24,000 nucleotides of DNA from Planctomycetota bacterium (GTDB lineage: Bacteria > Planctomycetota > Phycisphaerae > UBA1845 > Fen-1342), in contig JAHJAR010000031.1 of NCBI GenBank assembly GCA_018814045.1, forward strand, positions 10,229 to 34,228, written 5' to 3'. Below, piece after piece: positions 8,498 through 16,110 of the stretch (positions are counted from its first letter, which is position 1; every line of letters begins with the position of its first letter). The translations under genes and the position numbers were made by a program. Below the pieces are notes generated by a model. The model saw nothing but the letters and a program-made list of their open reading frames with translations, made no database searches and was not told the origin of the DNA.

Positions 8498-9319
8498 ATG
8501 CCGTCATTAGCTCGCGTTCTCGCTGGTGCCTATGCGCTCGTCGTGCTGACCGGCGGATGTACCTCATCTTCCCATCAAATCGGCAAGTCGAGCGCGACTT
8601 CCGGCGCCGTGGCTCCCAAGCGCTATGTCTGCCACTACACCACGACGCCGGTCGCCATCGATGGCCGGCTGGATGACCACGCCTGGAATGCCGCCGCCTG
8701 GACCGACCGCTTCGTGGACATCGAGGGCAGCGCGAGGCCACGGCCCCGCTTCGAAACTCGCGCAAAGCTGGCCTGGGACGACGAGTACCTCTACATCGCT
8801 GCTGCGCTGGAAGAGCCGCACATCTGGGCCACGCTCACCGAGCACGACCAGATCGTGTTCCGTGACAACGACTTTGAGGTGTTTATCGATCCGAACGGCG
8901 ACACCTGCGAGTACTACGAGGTCGAGGTTAACGCCTTCAACACCATCTTCGATCTGTTCCTGGTGCGCACCTACAACGCTGGCGGTCCCGCGCTGCACGG
9001 GTGGGATCTGAAGGGGCTTCGAACCGCCGTGCACATCGATGGCACACTCAACCAGCCGAGCGACGTGGATACCGGCTGGTCGGTCGAGTTGGCCCTGCCG
9101 TGGGCTGCGCTCGCCGAGGCCGCTGGCACCCCCGCCCCGCCCCAGGCGGGCGCCACCTGGCGAATGAACTTCTCGCGCGTAGAGTGGCAACACCGCGTCT
9201 TCGACGGCCGCTACCAAAAGCTGCCCGACACGAAGGAAGACAACTGGGTCTGGTCTCCCCAGGGCAAGATCAACATGCATCTCCCCGAGCGGTGGGGGGA
9301 TGTGGAGTTCGCGCGCTAG
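8498..9319 (+). CDS. carbohydrate-binding family 9 (CBM9/DOMON-like) domain protein, probable lipoprotein
   Basis: GGAGGAG (8485-8491) lies 6 nt upstream of the ATG. The signal peptide ends in ..VVLTGGC (lipobox-like Cys). The body (TPVAIDGRLDDHAWNAAAWTDRFVDIEG..AWDDEYLYIAAALEE..DNDFEVFIDPNGD..YYEVEVNA..WSVELALPW..WRMNFSRVEW) matches the CBM9-like family pattern. Confidence 0.7.
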   Translation: MPSLARVLAGAYALVVLTGGCTSSSHQIGKSSATSGAVAPKRYVCHYTTTPVAIDGRLDDHAWNAAAWTDRFVDIEGSARPRPRFETRAKLAWDDEYLYIAAALEEPHIWATLTEHDQIVFRDNDFEVFIDPNGDTCEYYEVEVNAFNTIFDLFLVRTYNAGGPALHGWDLKGLRTAVHIDGTLNQPSDVDTGWSVELALPWAALAEAAGTPAPPQAGATWRMNFSRVEWQHRVFDGRYQKLPDTKEDNWVWSPQGKINMHLPERWGDVEFAR

Positions 9320-9589
9320 GGCCACGCGTGTGCCCAACAGACGACCGATAAGCGGTTTTCTGCGTCGATCTGAGCGAGATTCGCAATCGCTGCGCGCACC
9401 GGGGTAGTCCACCCGGACGCGCGGAACCCGCGCGTGATTGCGGCGGTTCCACCATCCGTTGGGCTAACCAAGGTGCTTAACCCCATCTGTTGCGCCCCAG
9501 CCAAGCTGGTCCGCGTTCAGGGAACTCTCTGCCTGCGTCCCTACTCCCCCAGAACGGCAGCGTTTCCAGTGAAATCGGGCGAAATCCGC

Positions 9590-9617
9590 TTGCAAGAGAT
9601 GGGCGATGTGGTACACT
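9590..9617 (+). promoter_or_regulatory. candidate sigma70-type promoter for mraZ/dcw cluster
   Basis: TTGCAA (9590-9595), then a 16-nt spacer, then TACACT (9612-9617). It lies ~55 nt upstream of the mraZ ATG, immediately after a GAAATC-N4-GAAATC direct repeat (9570-9585). Hexamer matches are partial and the promoter consensus for this organism is unknown. Confidence 0.3.
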
Positions 9618-9638
9618 ATCCCTATGTAGAGCACTCCA

Positions 9639-9663
9639 GTGGAGCTCAGTGGGACTAGGGTGC
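9639..9663 (+). promoter_or_regulatory. MraZ-box-like direct repeats (putative MraZ operator)
   Basis: GTGGA-gctca-GTGGG-actag-GGTGC: three GTG-core pentamers separated by 5-nt spacers (~10-bp phasing). They sit between the candidate -10 element and the mraZ start codon. This resembles the repeat architecture reported for MraZ operators in E. coli and Mollicutes. Confidence 0.4.
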
Positions 9664-9672
9664 AGGTGGCTG

Positions 9673-10164
9673 ATGTTCTTCGTAGGGATGTTCGAGCTTT
9701 CGATCGACACCAAGAACCGGCTGTCGATTCCCTACGCGATCCGCTGCAAACTGAATCCCGACACCGACGGCCGCGCGTTCTATATCGTTCCGGGTCGTCG
9801 ATCGGGCACGCTGGCCATCTATCCGGAGCGGTACTTCGAGGGGCTCCGGGCCAACACGCCGGCGGCCGACGCGTTGTCGGACGAGACGTTCGAATGGCGT
9901 CAGTTCGAGTATTCGCAGAGCGCGCTGCTGGATCCGGACACCCAGGGCCGCATCCTGATCCCGGAGCGTCTGCTGAAACGGGCGGGGATCGAGCGGGACG
10001 CGACGCTCATCGGCGTGCAGGACCATCTGGAGCTGTGGAGCCGTCAGGAGTACCACGCCTTCCAGGACCAGCGCTGGCCGAACTACCCGCAGCAGCGGGC
10101 CAAGGCGATGCAGGAGTTGCGGGAGCTGGCCGCGGCGCGGAATGAGAGCGAACCGGCGGTGTGA
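9673..10164 (+). CDS. mraZ: division/cell-wall cluster transcriptional regulator MraZ
   Basis: MFFVGMFELSIDTKNRLSIPYAIR matches the MraZ N-terminus (MFxG..x..D.KGRxxxP). A second SpoVT/AbrB-like repeat is present (LDPDTQGRILIPERLLKRAGI..ATLIGVQDHLELWS). The gene holds first position in a dcw cluster. The start was moved from the ORF-track 9490 to the ATG at 9673 because the upstream 61 codons look non-coding. Confidence 0.9.
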   Translation: MFFVGMFELSIDTKNRLSIPYAIRCKLNPDTDGRAFYIVPGRRSGTLAIYPERYFEGLRANTPAADALSDETFEWRQFEYSQSALLDPDTQGRILIPERLLKRAGIERDATLIGVQDHLELWSRQEYHAFQDQRWPNYPQQRAKAMQELRELAAARNESEPAV

Positions 10165-10207
10165 TCCGCCCGGTAGTCGATATTTGGTTGGGTTTCGCGA
10201 GGACAAT

Positions 10208-10246
10208 GGGTTGCAGCGGTGAGCGGCGGTGCCACCGCTGCAACCC
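10208..10246. repeat. perfect 14-bp inverted repeat (stem-loop) in mraZ-rsmH spacer
   Basis: GGGTTGCAGCGGTG (10208-10221), an 11-nt loop, then CACCGCTGCAACCC (10233-10246). The arms are exact reverse complements. The element lies 44 nt after the mraZ stop. Confidence 0.7.
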
Positions 10247-10511
10247 GGTAGGTTCGGCATCGCGGCGACAGCCTTCCCTGCCGGGAGAGCTACGTTCACA
10301 AGCACGGTTTCCGCGATCCGAGGGCGGGACGGATGCCCGCCTGTACCCGAGGCCGCTCGCAAATCACGGATGATGAGCGGCGGCCACACTCTTCGCCGCG
10401 GTAAACGCGGCACGAGTGTGCATGGTTGTACCGGCTTCGGGTCGGCACGTCCAGCAGGCTTACCTCGCGCGACGCGGTTTTTTGGCGCGGTCGAAATCAC
10501 TGTTGAGCGTC

Positions 10512-11423
10512 GTGCCAGAGACACAGCACGAACATGAACCGGTGTTGGTCGCACCAGTGCTGCGCCTGCTGGACCCCCGGCCCGGCCAAGTGATCCTGGA
10601 TGGCACCGTCGGCCTGGGCGGTCACGCCGCGGCCCTGCTGCCGATGATCCTGCCGAATGGCCGCTATATCGGCATCGACCTCGATCAGGCCATGCTGGAC
10701 GCGGCGCACGAAAGACTGGCCAGCGTGGGTGGCGTGGCGGTCCACCTGGAGCAGTCCAGCTACGCGGTCTTCCCAGATGTCCTCGCGGCTCAGGGGCTGG
10801 GGCAGGTGAATCACATGCTGCTCGATCTTGGGGTCAATTCCGCCCAGTTGGCCGAGCCTGCCCGCGGATTCTCCTTCGAGCGCGATGGGCCCCTGGACAT
10901 GCGCTATGACCGCCGACAGCCGCGGCAAGCCCAGGATCTGGTAAACCGGTTGAGCGAGAGCGAGCTGGCCGACGTGCTGTATGAGTTCGGCCAGGAAGGC
11001 ATGAGTCGCAAGGTAGCTCGGCGTATCTGCCAGGTGCGGCACGAGGCGCGCATTACGTCCACGCGGGCGCTGGCCCAGGCCGTGGTGTCGGCGTATGGCG
11101 CCGGCGGCAAGCCACGCGCGGGGCGGCTGCATCCGGCGACACGCGTGTTCCAGGCCCTGCGAATCGCCGTGAACAATGAGTTGGCCAATCTGCAGGAGTT
11201 TCTGGAGCAGGCAACCGACTATCTCGCACCGGGCGGAAGGCTCGCCGTCATCAGCTTCCACAGCCTCGAGGACGGGATCGTCAAGCGCGCCCTGCGAGCC
11301 GCCCGCTCCGCCGGAACGATGGAGGAGCTGACCCGGCGTCCGATTCTCGCCGACGCGCACGAGCGCCGCCGGAACCCGCGCAGCCGCAGCGCCAAGCTGC
11401 GCGTGGCCCAGCGCCTCGACTAG
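10512..11423 (+). CDS. rsmH: 16S rRNA (cytosine1402-N4)-methyltransferase RsmH (MraW)
   Basis: HEPVLVAPVLRLL..ILDGTVGLGGHAAALL (SAM-binding GxGGH), AVISFHSLEDGIVKRAL (FHSLED motif), and a C-terminal NPRSRSAKLRVAQRL. The start is uncertain. GTG at 10512 gives a homologue-like N-terminus (about 8 residues before H-E-P-V-L). ATG at 10416 is the ORF-track alternative, but those 32 extra codons have lower GC3 and include a T6 run. Confidence 0.85.
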   Translation: MPETQHEHEPVLVAPVLRLLDPRPGQVILDGTVGLGGHAAALLPMILPNGRYIGIDLDQAMLDAAHERLASVGGVAVHLEQSSYAVFPDVLAAQGLGQVNHMLLDLGVNSAQLAEPARGFSFERDGPLDMRYDRRQPRQAQDLVNRLSESELADVLYEFGQEGMSRKVARRICQVRHEARITSTRALAQAVVSAYGAGGKPRAGRLHPATRVFQALRIAVNNELANLQEFLEQATDYLAPGGRLAVISFHSLEDGIVKRALRAARSAGTMEELTRRPILADAHERRRNPRSRSAKLRVAQRLD

Positions 11424-11541
11424 GAAGACGAACCGCGGGCCTGCCCGGCCGGCGGAAGATCAAGAACGAGGAGAAGTACTACTCGAGCGCAGCACATGAG
11501 TCTGGCAACGGATTGACCGGCAGCCCGGCAAGGAGGCCAGG

Positions 11542-12447
11542 ATGGGCTTGAACGTGAAAGTCTCGTTGGTGATCTGCCTGGTGTTCATCGCCAGCATGTC
11601 GTGGATGGTCCACCAGGTCAATCCGCCCATGGTCGCGCTGCCATCGCCCCTCATTGCCAGCGGGATGACTCTCCCGGAGCTTCGCGCCGCGGCGGCGCTC
11701 GCGGCGGCCACCCCCGTGGAGCAGCGGGACGTGGCCCCTTCGGTGGCAGGCAGCTTCAAACGGGAGAATGCGTTCGAGGCCCAGGCCACGGAGAACCTCC
11801 GGGCTGGTGGTGCGCTGGCAATCGCACACCCCGAGCCGCTGGAGGCCACGCCCGCGCGGCGCGCCCTGCCCCCGCTGGTTCAGACCACCATCCTCGACGA
11901 GCCGCCCGCCCTCGCCGCGAATACCGCCGAGTCAGCCGGCGGCAATCCACCAGATCCGCGGTTGACGCTGATGGCCCTGACCGATCCGAACGCCTCCTCC
12001 CTCCCACTCAACGCCGCGGCGGCGCTCTCCGCCCCGCCGCGGGGCGCGAGTCGCTACCGCGTGCAGCGGGGCGACTCGCTCGTGAAGATCGCGCGGCGGG
12101 AGTACGACACCGACGACGAGCACGCTGTGCAACTGATCGTGGACGCGAACCCCCAACTACGCGGCCGACCGGATCGCATTCTCGTCGACCAGGAGTTGAT
12201 CATCCCGGACCTCGGCACCGCACGGAGCGAAACGGCGACCCTGGCCGAGCCGGTACCGCAGCAGTCCCAGCCCCGCTGGTACACGATACAGAAGTGTGAC
12301 TCGCTTACGAGAATCGCCGAGCGACATCTGAACGATGGACGGCGGTGGCGCGAGATCGCGCGGCTGAACCGCATCGCGGATGCGAACAAGATCATCCCGG
12401 GCAGACGGATCAAGCTTCCGCCCATCACGGCGCTCGTGCGTGGGTGA
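11542..12447 (+). CDS. membrane-anchored protein with Ala/Pro-rich linker and two C-terminal LysM peptidoglycan-binding domains
   Basis: AAGGAGG (11530-11536) lies 5 nt upstream of the ATG. There is an N-terminal hydrophobic helix (VSLVICLVFIASMSWMV) and a ~145-aa A/P-rich linker. Two LysM repeats follow: YRVQRGDSLVKIARREY..QELIIPDL (nt ~12055-12210) and YTIQKCDSLTRIAERHL..GRRIKLPP (nt ~12280-12420). Confidence 0.8.
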   Translation: MGLNVKVSLVICLVFIASMSWMVHQVNPPMVALPSPLIASGMTLPELRAAAALAAATPVEQRDVAPSVAGSFKRENAFEAQATENLRAGGALAIAHPEPLEATPARRALPPLVQTTILDEPPALAANTAESAGGNPPDPRLTLMALTDPNASSLPLNAAAALSAPPRGASRYRVQRGDSLVKIARREYDTDDEHAVQLIVDANPQLRGRPDRILVDQELIIPDLGTARSETATLAEPVPQQSQPRWYTIQKCDSLTRIAERHLNDGRRWREIARLNRIADANKIIPGRRIKLPPITALVRG

Positions 12448-12501
12448 GGCCGTCTGAAGTGAACGGAGCGGTTGTAAACTCCAGGGCCGGGATGCACACG
12501 C

Positions 12502-12774
12502 ATGACGATGACGAAAATGACCTGCACTCTCAGCGTGACGCTACTGGTCATGCTCGCGGTCATAGCCCTGCGGGCCGAAGCGACACGCTATCACCATGAG
12601 TTGGCCGTACTCGACCGGCGCGCCAATCTCCTGTGGCAACAGGTGTGGGAGGAAGAGATCGAGTTGGCGCGCCTGCGAAACCCGGCCTTGATTCGGGCCC
12701 GCGTCGCCGAGCTGCGCCTCGGTGGTCCAGTCGCTACCGGCGTGCGCTCCGGGGTGCCCCCCCAAAGACCTTGA
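12502..12774 (+). CDS. ftsL: FtsL-like cell division protein (small bitopic coiled-coil protein)
   Basis: A 90-aa protein with one TM helix (CTLSVTLLVMLAVIAL) followed by a coiled-coil segment ending in the FtsL-like ..LARLRNPALIRARVAELRLGGP. It occupies the canonical position immediately upstream of ftsI. The family is poorly conserved in sequence, so the call relies on architecture and synteny. Confidence 0.65.
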   Translation: MTMTKMTCTLSVTLLVMLAVIALRAEATRYHHELAVLDRRANLLWQQVWEEEIELARLRNPALIRARVAELRLGGPVATGVRSGVPPQRP

Positions 12775-12796
12775 TACGGAAAGAGGGTGCTTCACG

Positions 12797-14545
12797 ATGC
12801 GTGGCGGCAATGTGCTGTTTCTGGGGGTGGCCCTGCTGCTGATGGGCGGTGCCGGTCGTCTCGCGTACATCGAGTACGCGCAGGGTCCACAACTCCGTCA
12901 ACGGGCACAGCGGCAACAGACCTCGGAGGTCTCGATTCCGGCCCAGCGGGGCAGTATCCTGGACACGCGCGGGCGCGTGTTGGCGGGCTCACGCCGACGT
13001 CCTTCGATCTTCGTCGATCCCGCGCTGGTGGCTGACCCCGCCCATGCCGCCAACTGCATCGCCCCCGCGCTCGGTCTGCATCCGGGCCAGTTGGAGCGCA
13101 TCATCCGCGAACATCAGGACCGCCGCTTTGTGTGGGTCAAGCGCCAGATCACCGACGCGGAACTCGCCGCGTTCAACGAGGTCCGTCGGTCGACGCGTCT
13201 GCATGCGTTCGTAGTGCGGCACGAGCCGGAGCGCGTGTATCCCCTCGCGCGGCTGGCCTCGCATGTGCTAGGCTTCGTTGGCGCGGAGCAACACGGGCTG
13301 GCCGGCATCGAGCAGACTTTCGACGACGTTCTGAGAGGCAGCGCCGGTCGGCGACGCTCGACGGTCGACGTCCGCCGGCGCCGGATCCGTATTCAGAAGG
13401 ACGACTACGTGCCGCCGCGCGACGGGGCCAACGTGGTACTGACGATCGACAGTCACGTGCAGCAGCGGACCGAGCACCATCTGCGCAACGCGGTCGAGCA
13501 GTTCCGAGCCGAATGGGGCACGGCAGTGGTCATGGCCCCCGGCTCGGGCGAAGTCCTCGCGATGGCGACTTATCCCGACTACGACCCGTCCGAGCCGTTT
13601 CGCGCTGGTCTGAACGCCGCCCAGCGCGAGGCCGCCCAGGAGTGCATCCGCAACCGCGCCGTTTCGGACAGCTACGAGCCGGGCAGCCTGTTCAAGCCCT
13701 TCATCGCCTCGTGTGCCCTCGACGACGGACTGACCACCCTCTCGGAACGCTTCGCCATCAACGGCCCGACTCACAGCTTCGGACGCCGCACGATTCACGA
13801 CACGCACACTTATGGCACCCTGTCGATGAGCGAGGTGATCAGCAAATCAAGCAACATCGGCATGGGGCTGTTGGGTGCCCGCTGCACAAACGAGCGGCTG
13901 CACGAGTATGTGCGCCGCTTCGGCTTCGGCGATCTGACCGGCGTCAGCCTGCCGGGTGAACACACCGGCCTGGTGCAGGACCTCGCGCGCTGGACCGGCT
14001 ACTCCACGCAGTCCATCCCGATCGGCCAGGAGATCGGCGTGACGCCGATCCAGATCGTGACCGCGTTCAGTGCTTTGTGCAACGGGGGTGTTCTGTATCG
14101 GCCACGCGTGGTGCGCGGCGTCGTCAGCGCCAACGGAACGACCCTGAGCGACTACTCGCGCCCCGTGGCCATTCGCCGCGTGCTGAGCCCCGCTACCGCC
14201 CGGGAGTTCAGAATGCGCGCCCTCGTGGCCGTGGTCAACGACGGAACCGGCAAGCCGGCAGCGCTGGCCGACTACCAGGTATTCGGCAAGACCGGCACCG
14301 CCCAGGTGGCCCGCCCGAACGGACGCGGGTACCTGCCGGGCAAATACGCCGGCTCTTTTATGGCCGGTGCCCCGGCTGACGAGCCGCGCGCCGCCGTCCT
14401 GGTTTCACTGTACAAACCGGCAGGCGGCGACTATTACGGCAGTAAAGTGGCGGCACCAGCGGCCGGTGCGATCCTGGCGGACACCCTGGCGTATATGCAG
14501 GTTCCGCCGGAGTTGGCCAGCGCCCGTGTCTCCGGGCAGCCATGA
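12797..14545 (+). CDS. ftsI: peptidoglycan D,D-transpeptidase FtsI (class B penicillin-binding protein)
   Basis: An N-terminal TM anchor (VLFLGVALLLMGGAG), a PBP dimerisation region, and transpeptidase motifs: SxxK (EPGSLFKPF), SxN (SKSSNIG), and KTG (FGKTGTA). The start was set to the ATG at 12797 (AGAGGG 9 nt upstream) rather than 12722, which would overlap ftsL. Confidence 0.9.
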   Translation: MRGGNVLFLGVALLLMGGAGRLAYIEYAQGPQLRQRAQRQQTSEVSIPAQRGSILDTRGRVLAGSRRRPSIFVDPALVADPAHAANCIAPALGLHPGQLERIIREHQDRRFVWVKRQITDAELAAFNEVRRSTRLHAFVVRHEPERVYPLARLASHVLGFVGAEQHGLAGIEQTFDDVLRGSAGRRRSTVDVRRRRIRIQKDDYVPPRDGANVVLTIDSHVQQRTEHHLRNAVEQFRAEWGTAVVMAPGSGEVLAMATYPDYDPSEPFRAGLNAAQREAAQECIRNRAVSDSYEPGSLFKPFIASCALDDGLTTLSERFAINGPTHSFGRRTIHDTHTYGTLSMSEVISKSSNIGMGLLGARCTNERLHEYVRRFGFGDLTGVSLPGEHTGLVQDLARWTGYSTQSIPIGQEIGVTPIQIVTAFSALCNGGVLYRPRVVRGVVSANGTTLSDYSRPVAIRRVLSPATAREFRMRALVAVVNDGTGKPAALADYQVFGKTGTAQVARPNGRGYLPGKYAGSFMAGAPADEPRAAVLVSLYKPAGGDYYGSKVAAPAAGAILADTLAYMQVPPELASARVSGQP

Positions 14546-14610
14546 CCACCGCCGCGCTGCCCGCGCCGCCGCGTGCGGGATCTTTTTGCGCCGCTCGCCA
14601 GGAGGGCGAT

Positions 14611-16107
14611 ATGCGTAAGTTGGGCGACCTGTTGCACGGCCTCGTCGACGAGTCGCAGGTGGGCCCGCACAGTGAGCAGCGCGTTTCCGGCGTGTTCGAC
14701 GACTCACGCCTGGTGCAACCCGGGGGCATTTTCGTCGCGGTGCGTGGTTTGGTCGCCGATGGCCGCCGCTACATCGATGATGCGCGCCGGCGCGGCGCGG
14801 TCGTGCTCATCGGGGAGGGACTGCCAGCCAGCGACGAGGCCATAACGCTCGACGTTCGCGACGCACGCCGCACGCTGGCCCAACTGGCCAGTCGCTGGCA
14901 CGACCTGGAGACCGCGCAGCCAGACGGGCTGCGTCTGCTGGCCGTTACGGGCACAAATGGCAAGAGCACCACGGCCTTCATGGCCCATGCGATCGCACGT
15001 TCCGCCGGCCTGCGCTGCGGCATGCTCGGCACCGTGCAATACGACTTGTGCGCCCGGACTGTAGCGGCGGCGATGACCACCCCCGGGCCGCTGGAACTGG
15101 CGGGCTACTTGCGCGAATGCATCGATGCACAGGCCAGCGCGGCGGTCATGGAAGTCTCCAGCCACGCCCTGGACCAGAAGCGTACCGACGGCTTGCGCTT
15201 CACGGCGGCCGCGCTTACGAATCTCACGGAGGACCACCTGGACTACCACGGCAGCTTCGAGAACTACCTGGCGGCCAAGGCGCGCCTGTTTCAGAACCTG
15301 GACGAATCCGCCGTAGCCGTCATCAACCGGGACGACCCTCTCCAGGCCGAGGTCCTGCGGGGCTGCCGGGCGCGCGTGGTGTACTACGCCGTCGAGCACG
15401 ACGCCGATATCACGGCCAGAATCGCGCGCCACACTATCGCGGGAACGCACTACCGCATGCACGTCGCCGGGCACGAACTCGAGCTCACAAACGCCCTGGT
15501 GGGAACGCACAACGTTTACAACGCCCTGGCGGCCGTCGGCCTGGCCCAGGAGGCGCTCGACGTCCCGCCTGCCGCCATCGCGGATGGACTGGCCGCCGTG
15601 CGCGCCGTCCCCGGCCGCTTGCAGCGCGTTTCCTGCGCCAGCAGCGCCTGCGTCTTCGTGGACTACGCCCATACCGACGACGCATTGCGCAACGTGGTCG
15701 GTGTACTGCGGCCGCTTACGCGGCGGCGATTGATCGTTGTCTTCGGCTGCGGCGGCGACCGCGACCGCCTCAAGCGGCCGCGCATGGCCCAGGCTGTGGC
15801 AGCGGGCGCGCACGCAATCATCGTGACCAGCGACAACCCTCGCGGCGAAGACCCCCGCCGGATTATCGACGACATCCTGCCCGGATTCGATGCGGCGGCG
15901 CGGCGGCGTGTGACGGTCGAGCCCGACCGGCGCGGCGCGATACGCATCGCCCTGGCCGCAGCCGAAAGCGGGGATGTCGTGCTGATCGCGGGCAAGGGGC
16001 ACGAGGACTACCAGGTTGTCGGCGCTCGCCGCCTGCACTTCGATGATGTCGAGGTGGTCAGCCAGGAGGCAGCCGAGTTGTCCGAAGCCCGTAGCGGAGC
16101 GACGTAG
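14611..16107 (+). CDS. murE: UDP-N-acetylmuramoyl-L-alanyl-D-glutamate--2,6-diaminopimelate ligase
   Basis: Mur ligase P-loop VTGTNGKSTTA, then DYAHTDDAL, FGCGGDRDRLKRPRM and the DNPR motif (15832-15843). The start ATG at 14611 (MRKLGDLL..) is preceded by AGGAGGG 5 nt upstream. The alternative ATG at 14542 forms an ATGA overlap with the ftsI stop. Confidence 0.9.
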   Translation: MRKLGDLLHGLVDESQVGPHSEQRVSGVFDDSRLVQPGGIFVAVRGLVADGRRYIDDARRRGAVVLIGEGLPASDEAITLDVRDARRTLAQLASRWHDLETAQPDGLRLLAVTGTNGKSTTAFMAHAIARSAGLRCGMLGTVQYDLCARTVAAAMTTPGPLELAGYLRECIDAQASAAVMEVSSHALDQKRTDGLRFTAAALTNLTEDHLDYHGSFENYLAAKARLFQNLDESAVAVINRDDPLQAEVLRGCRARVVYYAVEHDADITARIARHTIAGTHYRMHVAGHELELTNALVGTHNVYNALAAVGLAQEALDVPPAAIADGLAAVRAVPGRLQRVSCASSACVFVDYAHTDDALRNVVGVLRPLTRRRLIVVFGCGGDRDRLKRPRMAQAVAAGAHAIIVTSDNPRGEDPRRIIDDILPGFDAAARRRVTVEPDRRGAIRIALAAAESGDVVLIAGKGHEDYQVVGARRLHFDDVEVVSQEAAELSEARSGAT

Positions 16108-16110
16108 CCG

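Noticed and set aside
9490-9672. N-terminal extensions in the ORF track: mraZ from 9490, GH130 to 6432, PilZ to 5193, ftsI from 12722, murE from 14542, the secreted protein to 23507, DASS to 21409, and fba from 2052.
   Set aside because: The extensions lack homologue-like sequence, are Arg/Ser/Pro-rich, or overlap neighbouring genes. In every case except mraZ, the downstream start I chose has a Shine-Dalgarno-like motif at a suitable distance (weaker for DASS). For mraZ the move to 9673 rests on the homologue-like N-terminus, since only a weak AGGG/AGGTGG lies upstream. murE at 14542 (ATGA overlap with ftsI) remains a plausible alternative.
10161-10373. A 70-aa ORF starting with a GTG that overlaps the mraZ stop (GTGA) and encoding a C-x5-C-x2-C cluster (GCSGERRCHRCNP).
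   Set aside because: The Cys cluster is encoded by the two arms of the perfect 14-bp palindrome, so it is a by-product of the hairpin. By my manual count GC3 is about 66%, visibly lower than in the neighbouring genes. There is no SD. This is kept only as a remote possibility under the spacer finding.
9655-10554. A 299-aa minus-strand ORF covering mraZ and the mraZ-rsmH spacer. Similar antisense ORFs occur at 10497..11360, 8564..9412, 19791..20669 and 22017..22976.
   Set aside because: All are antisense to motif-supported genes, have Arg/Pro-rich composition, and lack start-site support.
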